A program made the position numbers and the translations under genes. Under the pieces are notes generated by a model, which did no database searches, was not told where the DNA came from, and was given only the letters and a program-made list of their open reading frames with translations. From Eutreptiella sp. 'Long Island Sound 2002' (lineage: Eukaryota > Protista > Euglenida), in the NCBI GenBank assembly GCA_964036045.1, contig OZ038378.1:200136001-200200000 (forward strand): a stretch of 64,000 nt of DNA, written 5' to 3'. This document shows, in pieces, positions 22,074 through 34,721 of the stretch (its first letter is position 1; every line of letters starts with the position of its first letter).

Positions 22074-23576
22074 GTGTGCTATAACCCCATGCATGGGGCA
22101 GCATAGCATACCTTTCCAGCATTCCCAGACACATCCAGCCCGTCTGGCAGCACACAAAGGCCACACAGTTTGGCCAACTAGCATCAACAGCCATCACTGT
22201 CCCTCAGCACCACAGATTGTTTTGGTGACTTAAGGAGTCAAAGATAGACGTAGGCGGTTGGGGACGGAGGGCTTCCATGATTTTCTTTGTAGCCCCCGAG
22301 CTCAACTAACCAGTTGGTTACGCAGTGTAGGTGCAGGTAGCAGGCCTGCGCTTTACACCCACACAATCACACTTAGACAGCGTACACGCTGAGGTGGGTT
22401 CCCCCCCTGATTTGGCTGTTCCCAGATAGTGAAGCGTAACGAGTAGCCCAAGCAATACTCAGGGTGCACCCCCCCCCCCTCCCCACACACAACGCCTCCC
22501 TCAGGATTTGGTGCTCGGGGCGCCGAGAGCCATCGCCATTGCAATGAGCAAGTATCAACCGAGGAGCCTCCCCCTCCCCCCCCTGCAACAGTTTACATCG
22601 AAGGCAACCAACCCCTAGTGTAGGCAAACCCTGGGCCAAAAAACCATCCCAGTGATGCGCACTCCACGCAGCCCTCTTGATTGAACACACACTTGACAAC
22701 AAAGCAGGACAAAAGATGTCACAATAACAATGACAAGGAAGGCCCTACATGTGGGGAGGCAAAGGCTGGAGTATGAGTGTGGTTGCCTGTGCAGAGCGGA
22801 TTAGATGGGGATGGGTTCCCTTCTATGGCCTGGGCACAAGGGGAGTGGACAGGAGGCACTGGAAATGAGATTCCATTCAAAAGCAGGCATCCTATTGGTT
22901 CATGGGGTCCCCCTGCCCCCTTCACCCCCAACTGTTTCAATTGCATTACTAAGTCAAAACACTGATTCATTTGCGCCAGGATGTGCATACCAGATTGTTC
23001 CAATTCCTGATTGTGGTGGTGGGCTCCTACCCCCTCTGACCCACAGCTGCCACTTGCCAACCCCCTTACATGTAAACCGCGTGTCTGCTATTTGGTATTT
23101 CGGGTTGTCCCTGCATTTTGGTGTTGTTGGGTGTTCGTGTGGTGCTGGCCTGACGCGGCGCGGCGCGGAGATTTGGCCCGACCAAGCAACTGTGCTTACC
23201 ACCAAGGGCTTTTCTCTCCGTTGGGGCCGTTTTAGGAATGGGGAAAGCCCAGGCCATTCCCGGAAAACGCGCCGTAAAAGTAGCGCGCGGCGCGCGTGTG
23301 GCGCAGATACTTCCCCCTTTGTACGTTGTCAGTCTCTGAAGTCTGGTTGCGATCAGTTTCGCTTGTTTGCCCCCAATTGGACCCCCAGCTGCAGTTTGTT
23401 GGCAGTCTTATACCATCTGTTCTACAGACGAGGACGCACTGCACAGCGCGGGCGGCACATGTGGGAGGGCGAGCACATGGCTGATCATTGCCGCGCCACT
23501 TCTGCCTCCGCAAGACGAGTGTCCAAACAAAAGGGCAAGAACCCAGACAAGTCCCGGGGACACGGACGGTCCAAAG

Positions 23577-23646
23577 GTGGCGCTGGCGGATCCGGGCGGT
23601 TGCGGGGGTCACCAGATTCAGGCCGACGCAAGAGAAGCCGGAGAAG
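23577..23646 (+). CDS. Candidate exon, gene B (WRWRIRAVAGVTRFRPTQEKPEK)
   Basis: Phase 2 start joins the previous exon as ...PMAERWRWRIRAV...; aag|gtgtgt donor; the acceptor is weak. Confidence 0.5.
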
Positions 23647-25184
23647 GTGTGTTCCAGCTTTTCCCTCCTGAACGCACTCCGACCTGCTTCCGCTTTCATT
23701 GCAAACAGTGCTTCTGGCTTCCAGACACGCCATGGTCCCAGGCAGGGCTGTGGTTAATGTAACACCATCCCCAATACCACCGCTGTGGAGGGGGACCGCA
23801 GAGCCCCCGAGGCTGCTGGAAAGGCTTTCTGCGCTTGTCCTAACAACAGCTCCACAACAGCATGAGCGCCCACAATGCCTCGGCAAGCCCCACAGACTTG
23901 GGGCTCAAGGAAATCCGTCTTCTTAAGTCCAAACAAGGGGGTGCGTTGACCCCCGCCGCCAATGCCCCCATTCATTCCACTGTATCCAGGAAACTGGGCC
24001 TACTGGGCAGTTTGCAGCCCTAAAATTGGGAACCCCCTATTTTGGCGGTGCCAATCAAGAAAAACTCAGATCCCGCGTTCCCCAGCCACCCCCCAAACCC
24101 CACACCCCAACCAAAAAGCAATGGAGATGGGAGCCCGCTGCCATCGGGTGTAAAGCCTATGGCGAATGCCAACAATTTGTTGAGGTTGCAGCCCCCACTC
24201 TGTCAAGTTTGCAAAACTGGTCGCTCACAATCCATGGTGCCAGCCATGACCTTTGTAGAGCTGGTCTGTAGATTCGGTGAAGGGATTCGTTATTTTTTTT
24301 GGACAGACGTTATGAAACTGCTTTTTGTAGTCGGCTTCGCAGTGCGCCGGGCTCCCTTTGTGCAATGAACCAAAATTAATCCGAAAAACCAGTGAACTCG
24401 CTGAATTAGAACTCATGTGGGATTTCCGTCTGAAGCATACGCAGAAGGCAGTCATAGTGCAGACACCAAGCCAGAAAGGATGACCAGGGAGGAGTGGTGC
24501 TGCTGAATCTGAAATGAGACGGCAAAGCCACCACCCCTCGGCCAGCGATTTTGCCTTGCTGGCGAGTATGGTGCACCCCCCCCCCCCCCCCAATCTGTGC
24601 AGCACTGCAGCTCTATGTCTTGGTCCGCGGCGGTTGTCCTCATGTCCCACTGGTTCCAGTCCCACCCCGTATCCGAAACATTTTTTAAACACTAGTATAC
24701 CTAGTCACAAACCCCGCAACTCTAGCCTTTGTCCATAATACGGATGTACTGGTAACGGACAACGAATTTTGCCAAGCTTTGAAACTGCCGAAGCAGGGGA
24801 GCGGATGGGAGTGGGGAAGGAGGACTGGGAGGTTCGGCACAGCTGTGCCTGGGTGCCTGCAGAAATCCGCCGTACCAGCCGCAGCTGGTTGCCCTGCGAC
24901 TTCACGAGATACAAGTACATGGTCATTTGGTCGAAGGTTGCTTGCTCCTCCCACACTCAGATGCAGAGGGATGAGAGCAATGTGTCTGTCCACATGTCGG
25001 ACGCCACTGAATTCATATGCTCAGGTGCCAATTTCAGAGCAACGGCAAACAGGTTTTGTAGTTTCACATGACTGTTTCATCGTTTGAGGCCTCCTTGATT
25101 GCACCTGCACCCGACACCTGACTCAACCCCCAACCCCACCTCCAGCCCAAACCCAGGCACAAGCTTCGAACTTTGCCTCCCCAG

Positions 25185-25232
25185 GTTTGTGGACGTAATG
25201 AAGCTGGACACGACGCAATTTGAGTCCGAGTG
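25185..25232 (+). CDS. Candidate exon (FVDVMKLDTTQFESE)
   Basis: ctttgcctccccag| acceptor, tg|gtattg donor, 48 nt. Confidence 0.5.
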
Positions 25233-26413
25233 GTATTGATCGGGGCTCTGTATATACACACACGAGACCGCGCATGCACACAGTGTTCCCGTGTCCGCGC
25301 TTGCCTTTGTAAATATCTGTGCTGGGATTGCTTCGCCGGACATATACATGCAGTACATGCAGACGTGCAAATGTTTGTGTCTTTGGTTCAGGGTGTGTAG
25401 ACGTGTGTGTGGTGTCTGGGGTGTCTTTGTGTCAGCATTCCTGCCTTTCCGCACGTACGTGCATGTACATGTGCGTCTGTGTGTGTGTGTGTGTGTTTGA
25501 AATGTGCGGAGGTGCGCATTTGCAGGCATGTTGCTTGCATCTGCATATACATGTGCACGCAGTGATCGGACGCACATGCAGCAGTCTGCATATGCTGGCC
25601 AGGGTATACACATGCATCAGTTTCGTGCGCGTGTGTGCGCGCGCGCCCCAAGTGGCTGGCCACATACAGATGTCCGTTGACATCTCCACGTCCCGTACGC
25701 TACAGAAAGGCGTCTAGTGGCCTCCATGGTTCCATAATGTTCTGTTGAGTGGAAGTTTTGATTGCCGCCTGACGAGATTCTTCTTGCGACCAGTGCCCGC
25801 CCTTGCTTCTGTTTGTGACAGCGCCTGGTCGCTTTGCATCGTCCGCGTGTGTGTATGTATGTGTGTGTGCGCGCGCGTGCCTGCGTGCGCACGTGTTTGT
25901 GTTTTGTGTGTGTTACGTGTGTTGTGTGTGTCGTTTGAGGGTCCGGTGAACCTTGTAGCCGTGCTAGGGTCTTGGCAGGGGCTTGCAGGGAAGCAAGGAA
26001 GGTCCTTTTGGTGAATTCAGCCAATGGGCTGTGTAGTTTCATGATCTGATGCCATCATCTGTGGAGCTGACTGCACCTGAGAATGTGCTGGTATCGAGTT
26101 AGTGAGTCTGCCCTTACCCTCGACTCTTGGTCTCTGATTCATCATCTGAGTTTGATTTCTTGAGTGCGGAAGCTATGTCTGAGTCTCCGCATTTGTTGTT
26201 TCGTGCAGGCACACTGCCACAGTGCTTTGTGGTGACTCCCGGCCCAATTACAATATTCCCGGAGACCCAATTTGGCTCCTGGGCTGGCTTGCCGTGAGCC
26301 GTGCTGCGATGGGGGAGTGCACATGTCCCAATCATGTGTCCTCACTCCTTTTCTTGTCGTCCAGTCATGTAGGTAGCTGTAGTGCTGACCAACCAAGGCT
26401 CAGAGATGATCCA

Positions 26414-26477
26414 ACAGTCAGTGTCATCACGTGATGACAGTCAGTGTCATCACGTGATGACAGTCAGTGTCATCACG
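26414..26477. repeat. 23-bp tandem repeat (2.8 copies) containing an 18-bp perfect palindrome
   Basis: Unit acagtcagtgtcatcacgtgatg; palindrome tgtcatcacgtgatgaca at 26422-26439. Confidence 0.9.
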
Positions 26478-28072
26478 AGACCTCTCGAGACAATGCAGGG
26501 CTGTGCTGTCTGTTATTGTGCGGACCTCGGCGGTGAAGGGGCTGGAACAGGGCGTTGCAAACTGCACGCGGAGCGGCGGGCAGTGTGCACTTGAATGGCA
26601 CGCTTGGTCGGTGGCTGCCAGCGGGCGGCTGTGTGCCAGGGTATGCCCCTGGGATTGAAGGCTCGTGGCCTGCTCTGGATGGGTGTTCCTGAAGGGGGTT
26701 TGCAGGTGGCTCCCCTTATCCATACGTGTCCACACGTGTGCGTTGCGTATGCGTGCGTGCGCATGCATCTTGGCATGCAGGTGTGCATTCTGTTCATGCG
26801 AGCATGTGTGTGTGTGCGTGTGCGTTTGCTGATGGAGAGGGATGACTTAGGTGAACCTAAGTTGCATTTGGCCAAGAGCACCACTCGCTGGTGGTGTGCT
26901 GTATATTGTCGGTTTTCTAGCCGACAGCTGAGGGTATGTAAGTGTGTGAGTCAGGGCTGCGCTTCACCATGTTCTGTCTGGTACTAGCAGCTGCGAACTG
27001 CGTCTCCTGTACTTTCAAGCATCGATTGGACGTCTTTTGCACTTCCGTTTTTGGTCTAACGGATGTGTGTGTGTGTGTGTGTGTGTGTCTGTGGGTGTCT
27101 GTGTGTGCAGACGGATTTGTGCATCTCTGGGTGCTTTCGTGTGTGTATTCTACGGGTGTGCATATACCTGCTCGGATCACAGGCGGACTCCAGACTCTCG
27201 GTGCAGTACCACGTGTCAGCGCAGGCATCTGCTTTTTGAGGTCCTGGACGCAAGTGCGAAAGGGAGGACGTGTCAGCGCAGGGGTGCGTCAGGGTTGAGC
27301 GTATTTTTGTCTTGTCTCCTCTGTCTTATATTGCATATATTTGCTCCCGACTAACCTTCATGCAGCTCATCATCAAGAATTATAACAAGTTCTGCGGGAT
27401 GTAGGCCCAGCCTTTTGCCCATTTCCAGCATACTGGTGCAAGGATGTGTGGAGGAGGGGGAGATGGGGGGGGGGTGTTGCATTTGAGCAGTTCTGCCTGC
27501 TTCCTACCAGGCCAACCTGACCCTCATTTTTTTACGCATAGTCTGTCCTCCAGCAGCATCAATTCCCCACGTTTGGTTTTGACTCGATCAATGGCAATCC
27601 GTCATAATCATGACTGACATGAGCGAGAGGATAGTGTGCTGTCAGATTTATGCTTCACTGTTGGAGTCGTCGCAGCAAATGCCATGCGGGCAGTATGACA
27701 AACGGGCGAGAGGGTTGGTGCACAGGTCGTGGTTGATGTATCTTTGCAAGGGAAACGGCAATTGCATAGGGGATTCACAAATTCAGTTGTCTGTGTGGCA
27801 GAGTGCCCCAAGTTTCTAGCCAAGCTGTCAGCTATACAGCCCGAGCCCTACACCTGGCCCCGGATCTATTTGCACATGCTGAAAGCGACAAAAGGCTGAC
27901 TGGCCATCCAACAGGAAGTTGGCCGCTGTTTGAGGCTGGCGGTCAAAGGGAAGTTCCTACTATTTGTCTCTCTATCTTTGTTGTATTTCTCTTCATCGGC
28001 ACCTCTGACACGATGGGTAAAACTAGCAACACGAGTGAGAGTTGTCCTATGCCTTTTTGATCATTAACACAG

Positions 28073-28313
28073 GAGACCATTTACATGCATACCAGGGAAC
28101 CACGAATGGTTGCCTTTCTTCAAGCTCATATGGCCCTGTGAGCCGTTGTCAAAGGGAGTTGTATCAATTCGATGCACCAAATGTCATGGGACCCGATGTT
28201 TTGTTTCATTTGTTTTTAATTTGGAGGCTGCCCCAAGAAAAGGAAAGAGGATTCATTGGAACGACCCTTTTCAGCCATAGTCCTGCTCAATTTTTCGCCG
28301 AGGAGTTGTCACA
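28073..28313 (+). CDS. Two phase-compatible candidate exons, 28073-28137 and 28275-28313 (ETIYMHTREPRMVAFLQAHMAL + HSPAQFFAEELS)
   Basis: Canonical acceptors and donors (ct|gtgagc, tttcag|c, ca|gtaatg); phases fit. Confidence 0.5.
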
Positions 28314-30814
28314 GTAATGTTTTTTGGGGGGGGGGGGCGGCGCAGGATTGATTGGGAGGGTCAGTGAACCAGGAAATATGTCCACCGGTGTTCAAACTTC
28401 TGCCTGCTTCATCAGTTTCATAGACTTCTTTCATAGCTTTTCAGCCTCCTGGACCCCACACCTTGCTCCCTGCGTTCTCTGTCCCTTAGTTTTGTCGTAA
28501 AAAGCACGGTTGAATCTGTCGGGAATCCCAGCAGCATTTCTTTGCCGCAGCCTGCCAGTGCGCACCACCTTGGGGTTCAGCGACTTCTTTTTTGTTGAAT
28601 TCGTCCATCTTGTTGGGCGAGTGGTCACCACTGTCAGGGTCGTTGCTCGTCTCCAGGGTCCAATTTGATTTTTGTTTGATCTGGACAGCCTGACGGCGAG
28701 GGGAATCGACGGCAGTTGGTGTGTGACGTGACCAACGGCAGCTGGGGATCACCGATGGGTCAGCGACGGGTATTGGGGATGACTGGCGGCCGGAGGGGTC
28801 CCTGAGGCAGTTTGGGGTTGGTTGGTGGGTCCGCTGATGTCAGGACAGCCCTCGCCATAGCTTTTTGGTTGCGTCTGATCTGGTCTCACAAGCATTCTGT
28901 CACCACGTCACATGTGTTGGTAAGTGGGCCACCAGGACATTTGCACCGTCCACTGTGACAATATGACCCGGGCCCGATTACTTTTTGTATGGTTTGGGGG
29001 TGTAGCTCAGGCCATTGTCATGACCCATTGCCAGCAGGGCCCTTCACCGTGGCCTTTGTGCGGGGGACCACGGGTGCCACTTCACAAACCCATGTGAGGT
29101 TGAGCGTACAGGAAGTACATCTTTACAGAGAAGCGTACCTCTTGGGGACATTCAGTCCAGATCACGGTCGCTCCTTCAGTGCCTCTATTTCTTTTTCCGT
29201 CATTGCACTCCGCTCTCCTGACCTTTGGCCCCCCTTTGTCCTCTCTCCTTGCTTCTTCCCACCTCCGTCCCTCCTTCTCTGGTGTCCTTCCCCCCCCTTT
29301 TCCTGCTCGCTAGCAGTGTGGGAGTAAGACACCTGTGGAGGCACAACCAGTGCATCCAGGTGCGGGGATCTAGAGGGCCTCCGAGTCATGCCACCATGCC
29401 TTGGGATACACCCACCCTTAACGAGCCCAGTCGCCAACCAACCATCAACCGACCCAATCCGACGAGTAGGTTTGAGCTCTAACCTGTTGACAGTGCTCCC
29501 CAGCACTGTACATGGCACGCAGCCCGTAATCCATAGAAGCCGTTGGCAATCTACCTCAGGGACCACCTGGGGCCAGATGTTGACACCCTCCTGCTCCTCC
29601 AAGACCGTTGGGAACACCAATACCAGCCTGGCTGGCTGTTATGGTTTTTGTGAACATTGACCCCACAGGGCAATGGCTCCATTATATGCTACGTCAAGCC
29701 CTTCAAGGCAAGATTCAGTAATGCAATGAGGTCTATCTTCGGGGAGACAGCCACAGCCATATTCTACTTGAAGTGATTTGACACTGAACATGGCAGTGTT
29801 GATGTCTAGATTTCGCACTGAGGAAGGTTCCTTGTCAGATTAAGGGGGGAATTGATGCATGCAGGGGTAGAAGAAGGCAGGTTGCATGCAAATGGCATTG
29901 AAGTGTCAGTGCATAGGGGTATTTGTTCTTACGGAGTCCTCATGTGCAATCAACCCCATCTGATGTGTTGAGGGATGTCTGGGCAACAAGCAGGGTGCAG
30001 CAAGACTGGGCTTGATCTGCCTGGATGCTGGTGGTCAACTCTACAGGGGGAGAGGCTGCAAGCCAACCCCCAATTTCCTGCATCGGTCTTGACCGTTATG
30101 GTTGGGCCTCCTACCCACAAAAGGTTAGGTCCATGAGGCATCCTGATCTGCAGTGATTGGCCTGATCTGCAGTGATTGGGTGTTGGTTGAGACCCTTCCA
30201 GTGGCCGTTGCGTTGTAGCCACAAACAGGTTTGTGTAGGGAAAAGAGAAATAGCAGAGTCAGCCCACATTTTGGTTGGAGCTGGAGCAAGTGCCATGGCA
30301 CAGTCAGGGTGGACTGGGGTTCCGATTTCATTTCGATTATTTGATTGTTGTCCAGGCACATATTGCCTTATGTACCAAACCCTTGCTGTCTCCTGAGATA
30401 TGCAATCATAAGTGAGCACCTGCACTTATACATGCCAGTGTAAATATTCCATTTTGACCAGTGCATGCTGTTGGCTCTTGTTTGTTTACTGTTGCTTAGG
30501 GCCATGAGGTGATGAAGGACACACCCCCAACAGTATCCAAGTTGAAGTCCAAAGAGATCCAAGCCACGTTCGTTGTGCATGCCCCTACCTGTGCTCATGT
30601 CTCTGCCTGTCCTTGCGCCCTTGCCTGTGCACCACCACTTGTGTCATGTGTGCTTGTGCCAACAACCAACATCTGTGCCAAGCACCAGCTGTACCACCAG
30701 TGTTGCATCAGGATATCATGCGGGGACTGAGTTGTGCTGTGCACCATGCCTTTCCATTCTTTGTGCCCTCTTTTGACTGACTACACATGTCAAGCCCCAG
30801 CCCCCTCGAAAACG

Positions 30815-30883
30815 TCACTTTCGGTTTTGCAATTTTCAGCCCGGCCGTGGCCGGCCGGGGGACGAGAAATGACAATAACTCAG
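30815..30883. repeat. About 70-bp module repeated in direct orientation at 33075-33144, bracketing the transposase block
   Basis: tca(c/t)tttcggttt...ggccggccgggggacga.aaatg...actcag at both sites. Confidence 0.8.
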
Positions 30884-31173
30884 GGAATGCCGTGCACGCA
30901 TTCCGAAGTTTTGGATATCGGCAAATACTCGAACCCTAGTTTCGGCCCCTTTCACAAGTTGTTGGTTCCGTACCAGGGGTTTTTTGGCTTCCTAAGCATT
31001 TAGGATGTGGCATATTTGAATTGTCAACCATTTTTGCCCATTTTCAACCATTCCCCCTTATTTCCTCCCCCGCATGGGCGTTAGCGCACGGGGTGCGCGC
31101 CGGGCATCTTTGAGGGAGCGTTCTTTTGGGCCTTCAACCTTCCGGTGCTATTGAGGAAACCGGGCCAATTATC

Positions 31174-31504
31174 CAATCCACGCTTTGTTGCGTGGCCCCT
31201 TGAGTTGGGGTCAGGGACTCACAATCCACGCTACGGTGTGGCCCCTTGAGTTGGGGTTAGGGACTCTCAGTCCATGCTTTGTTGCGTGGCCCCTTGAGTT
31301 GGGGTTAGGGACTCACAATCCACGCTTCGGTGTGGCCCCTTGAGTTGGGGTTAGGGACTCTCAATCCACGCTTTGTTGCATGGCCCCTTGAGTTGGGGTT
31401 AGGGACTCACAATCCACGCTTCGGTGTGGCCCCTTGGAGTTGGGGTTAGGGACTCGCAATCCACGCTTTGTTGCGTGGCCCCTTGAGTTGGGGTTAGGGA
31501 CTCT
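31174..31504 (+). repeat. Satellite B, 7 units alternating 48 and 46 bp (94-bp higher-order repeat)
   Basis: Units start at 31174, 31222, 31268, 31316, 31362, 31410 and 31457; tttgttgcgt and ttcggtgt variants alternate. Confidence 0.93.
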
Positions 31505-31509
31505 ATCTA

Positions 31510-32600
31510 ATGCGTGTATACAATAATATGCCGCATCCACACCACCCCGACCCTAAAGATGTGAGGTGGTGGATCGGTAGGTGCTCCGCCAAGCGTTCTA
31601 ACGAGCCTCGCGAAACCTATACGCAACTGCGCAAACAAGTCCATCTCATTGGCGTTGACTGTGTTACAGCGGAGGAGTTCTATATGAAGTATGGCGCGGA
31701 AGGTTTGTTGTCCCGCGAAGATTTTGTTCTAATACTTGTATTTTCTCCGACAAAGCCCCAGTTGGGACAGCTGTGCTTATCAATCTCGTTCCGATTGTTC
31801 GGATGACGTGTATATGCGAAATATTTCTCCTGTCCGAACCCTGTTGAATTCTGTGGTGGATGAGATATGGTGGGAGGAGAGACTTTCACCGTACAACCAT
31901 AATCCCCACTTCCCCTACTTCGTGACATATTTTACAGACAGCATGCCCATATGCTCGCTGGGTGGAGATTTGTCGGATGTCCTTTTTAATCCCAAGTACG
32001 CAGGCCACGTTTATAAGGTAACCGTGGCCGTGGACAATCTCGGGAATATGGTATGGATATGTAACCTTATGCCCGGAACGTCCGCCGATGTTATGATTTG
32101 GGATCAACGTGGTCCTTCGCGAACGCATGGACAGTTTTTCGATTTTGAAATCGGTGCGCATGACGGCGCCTATAAGGGCCGCTTGCACCTTATATTGGTA
32201 GGAAAACTTTGAGTGACGAACAACAAGAGTATAAGATGTCCATGGCTTCTATCGTGCAAGGGTGGAGCACCTCTTTGCACGGTTGTGGCAATGGAGGGTT
32301 GTCCGCAATGTTTGGATGGGCTCTGCAATGGAGCTGCATGGCCACATGCGTATTTTGCTCCACCTTACTCAGTTTTGCATTTGCAGACAGACTAGGTATC
32401 AACCCTATGGACCTTGGCCTCATGTGCCACAGTCTGTATGGGCACAGGCGGAGGCAACCATTGTCGAGGAGGAAAATGATGACGGTGTTTGTTGCCAATT
32501 GTGTGGCCACCGTCCTGGTGATATATCCGAATGTGGCATTTGCCACTTGAACATGTGTGCATCTTGCATGCCCTTGCATAGTTGTACTTTACAAGGCTGA
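31510..32600 (+). pseudogene. PIF/Harbinger/ISL2EU-like DDE transposase (DDE_Tnp_4 type), frameshifted, with a C-terminal Cys-rich domain
   Basis: HTH-like LILVFLRQSP; FTDSMPI (D at 31937); NPKYAGHVYK; PGTSAD; HDGAYKG (D at 32162); LSDEQQEY..VHGFYRARVEHLF (E at 32265). Frameshifts near 31741, 32190 and 32233. Confidence 0.82.
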
Positions 32601-33519
32601 TTTGCTTATTCATAACGACAATTGATTACCAAGTTGAAGGCAGTTTCGTTGTTCTCATGTGGGCTTTGCTGCTTCGCCGTGCTACTAGACAGGTGAGAGG
32701 TATTCTTGGGTGAGTATCCCAGCCTCTGCGTGCGCAATATGCACGCAGTGCAAGAACTTCCCCTCAGTCCAGGTGCCTCGAAATTCGCCAAAACCCGGAC
32801 AATCGAGCCCGCGCTTTTGCACTCTTCGATTCTGTTCTTGGCCCAATTGCCAAAAATGCACGTAGCCGTGGGAATTTTTTTTTGCTGTTTTGGGCCGTTT
32901 TGGGCTTGAAAAAATTTCTAAGTCTTGAGGCTATACAGCCAGCCCAGCCGGCGTGGGGTCCAAAAATCGGTCGAAAAAGGCATAGCGCGATCGCGTCCAA
33001 GAAAAAGATTTTTTCCTTTATTTGTGTTCCAAATCATAAATTTTTTTGAATTTTTCGAATCCGAGCCGAAAAGATCATTTTCGGTTTGTGCTATTTTCGG
33101 CCCGGCTGTGGCCGGCCGGGGGACGAAAAATGGCCATGACTCAGTCCACTCCGACGCACTGGGATACACGTGCGGGTGCAGTAGGTTCCCAGTGATCTCA
33201 ATTCAGCGGACCCTGTCAGCGAATGGCACACACATGCCTAAGTGGCAGGGAGTCATAGTACATGCTGAGGCCCAGAGACGAGTGTGCGAGGCGGAGGCTG
33301 GCCACCGAGCGGTGTGGGGAACGGTGGTGGATAGGGACAAGTATGCAGGTGGGTAAAGGAGGCACTGCACGAATGCTCTTGCTCTCCTCCATAGCCCGCC
33401 CAGTTTTGACAGACCCATTTTTGAGCACTGTCCTGTTGCCTGTGGTGCCCTCGGAGTACGCAGGGTGTAGCATATATCTGCACGCTTCCAGCCAACGTAT
33501 TTGGCTTGTTAGAAATATT

Positions 33520-33790
33520 CCCAGTGTGGGCCGAAAATCAGATGTCCTGGGAATTGTGCTGCTGCAAGGGCAGGGCAGGGTGCGTGCCGCCTAGCAAAAC
33601 AGAAGTTGCTTGTTTGCAGCGGGGGGGGGTGCCATGCCCACCTCAAATCCTTTGTTTTGTACTCTAGTGATGCTTTATAGTATGACTAGCAGCCCACTAC
33701 TCTGCACTGAGTCATTGCATGTGGGCCCCAAATCAGATGTCCTTGGAATTGTGCTGCTGCAAGGGCAGGGCAGGGTGCCTGCAGCCTAAC
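33520..33790 (+). repeat. Local duplication of about 70 bp (about 33525-33592 and 33721-33787)
   Basis: gtgggc..aaatcagatgtcct.ggaattgtgctgctgcaagggcagggcagggtgc present twice. Confidence 0.8.
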
Positions 33791-34721
33791 AAACCACTAG
33801 CCAGCCATCATGTTGCCATGTGGTTGGACTCTTAGCGACTGTCCTTGCCTTCATGGGGAAGCGTACATTGTATAAAGGGTGGGGGGGACTCGTTGTCAAG
33901 ACTTGTACACGTGAGGGTTTATGAGCTCAAATTCTATGGGTCATCTATGAGTCATTGCACCAGCAGTGATGGGCAAACCGGGGGAGAAGCAGGGGGAAAG
34001 GGGGTGGTCACCAATAGCCACACCCCCACTACTTGCCACACATTTGCAGCCCCCAACAGCCCAACCAACAAGCGCCTATCCACAACATTATGAAAGTACA
34101 GCTCCATCAGGCACGAAAACAAAAGAAAACCCTAGGCTCAGTCTCAGTTTGTCTTGAGTGCTCCGTGTTGAACACTTCAAGTGACCCCCCCCCCCCCCCC
34201 ACACACCATAAATAAATAAAGATGCACTTATGCCTGACTGTGGAGTGCATTACCTCTGGTTTGCATTTGTCTGTTTCTTAATTAGGTCACACCCCCCCCA
34301 CACACCAAGGAAAAAGACCTTGTGTGGTGAACTCAAGGCAACATTTGGCACTGGTCTAGTTTGCGCTGTGGTGCAGCAAGGCAAAACAATGCACAGAGAG
34401 AATTGTGGCGATGACCATATTCCTGTAACACAGGGGTATATGTGAGCTGTATCCGTTGCTTCATGCCCCCCAAAGAAAAAAGAAAACAAAAAAATTCTCT
34501 TGTCTCACCACGAGGTTGCCTCACATGGTTCGCTCATCAGCCCTCTGTGGCCAGAGTCACAATGACTGTCTTAGACTTTGCGGGGAAGCATACATGGCAT
34601 GGGTGGTGGGGGGATAATGGTTGTCAAGGCTCACGCACGTTAGGGTCTGGGAGATGGAAATCCATGGATCTTCAATTGTACCAGCTGGCAAACCATACAT
34701 AGGCGCGCTCGGACATGATGA

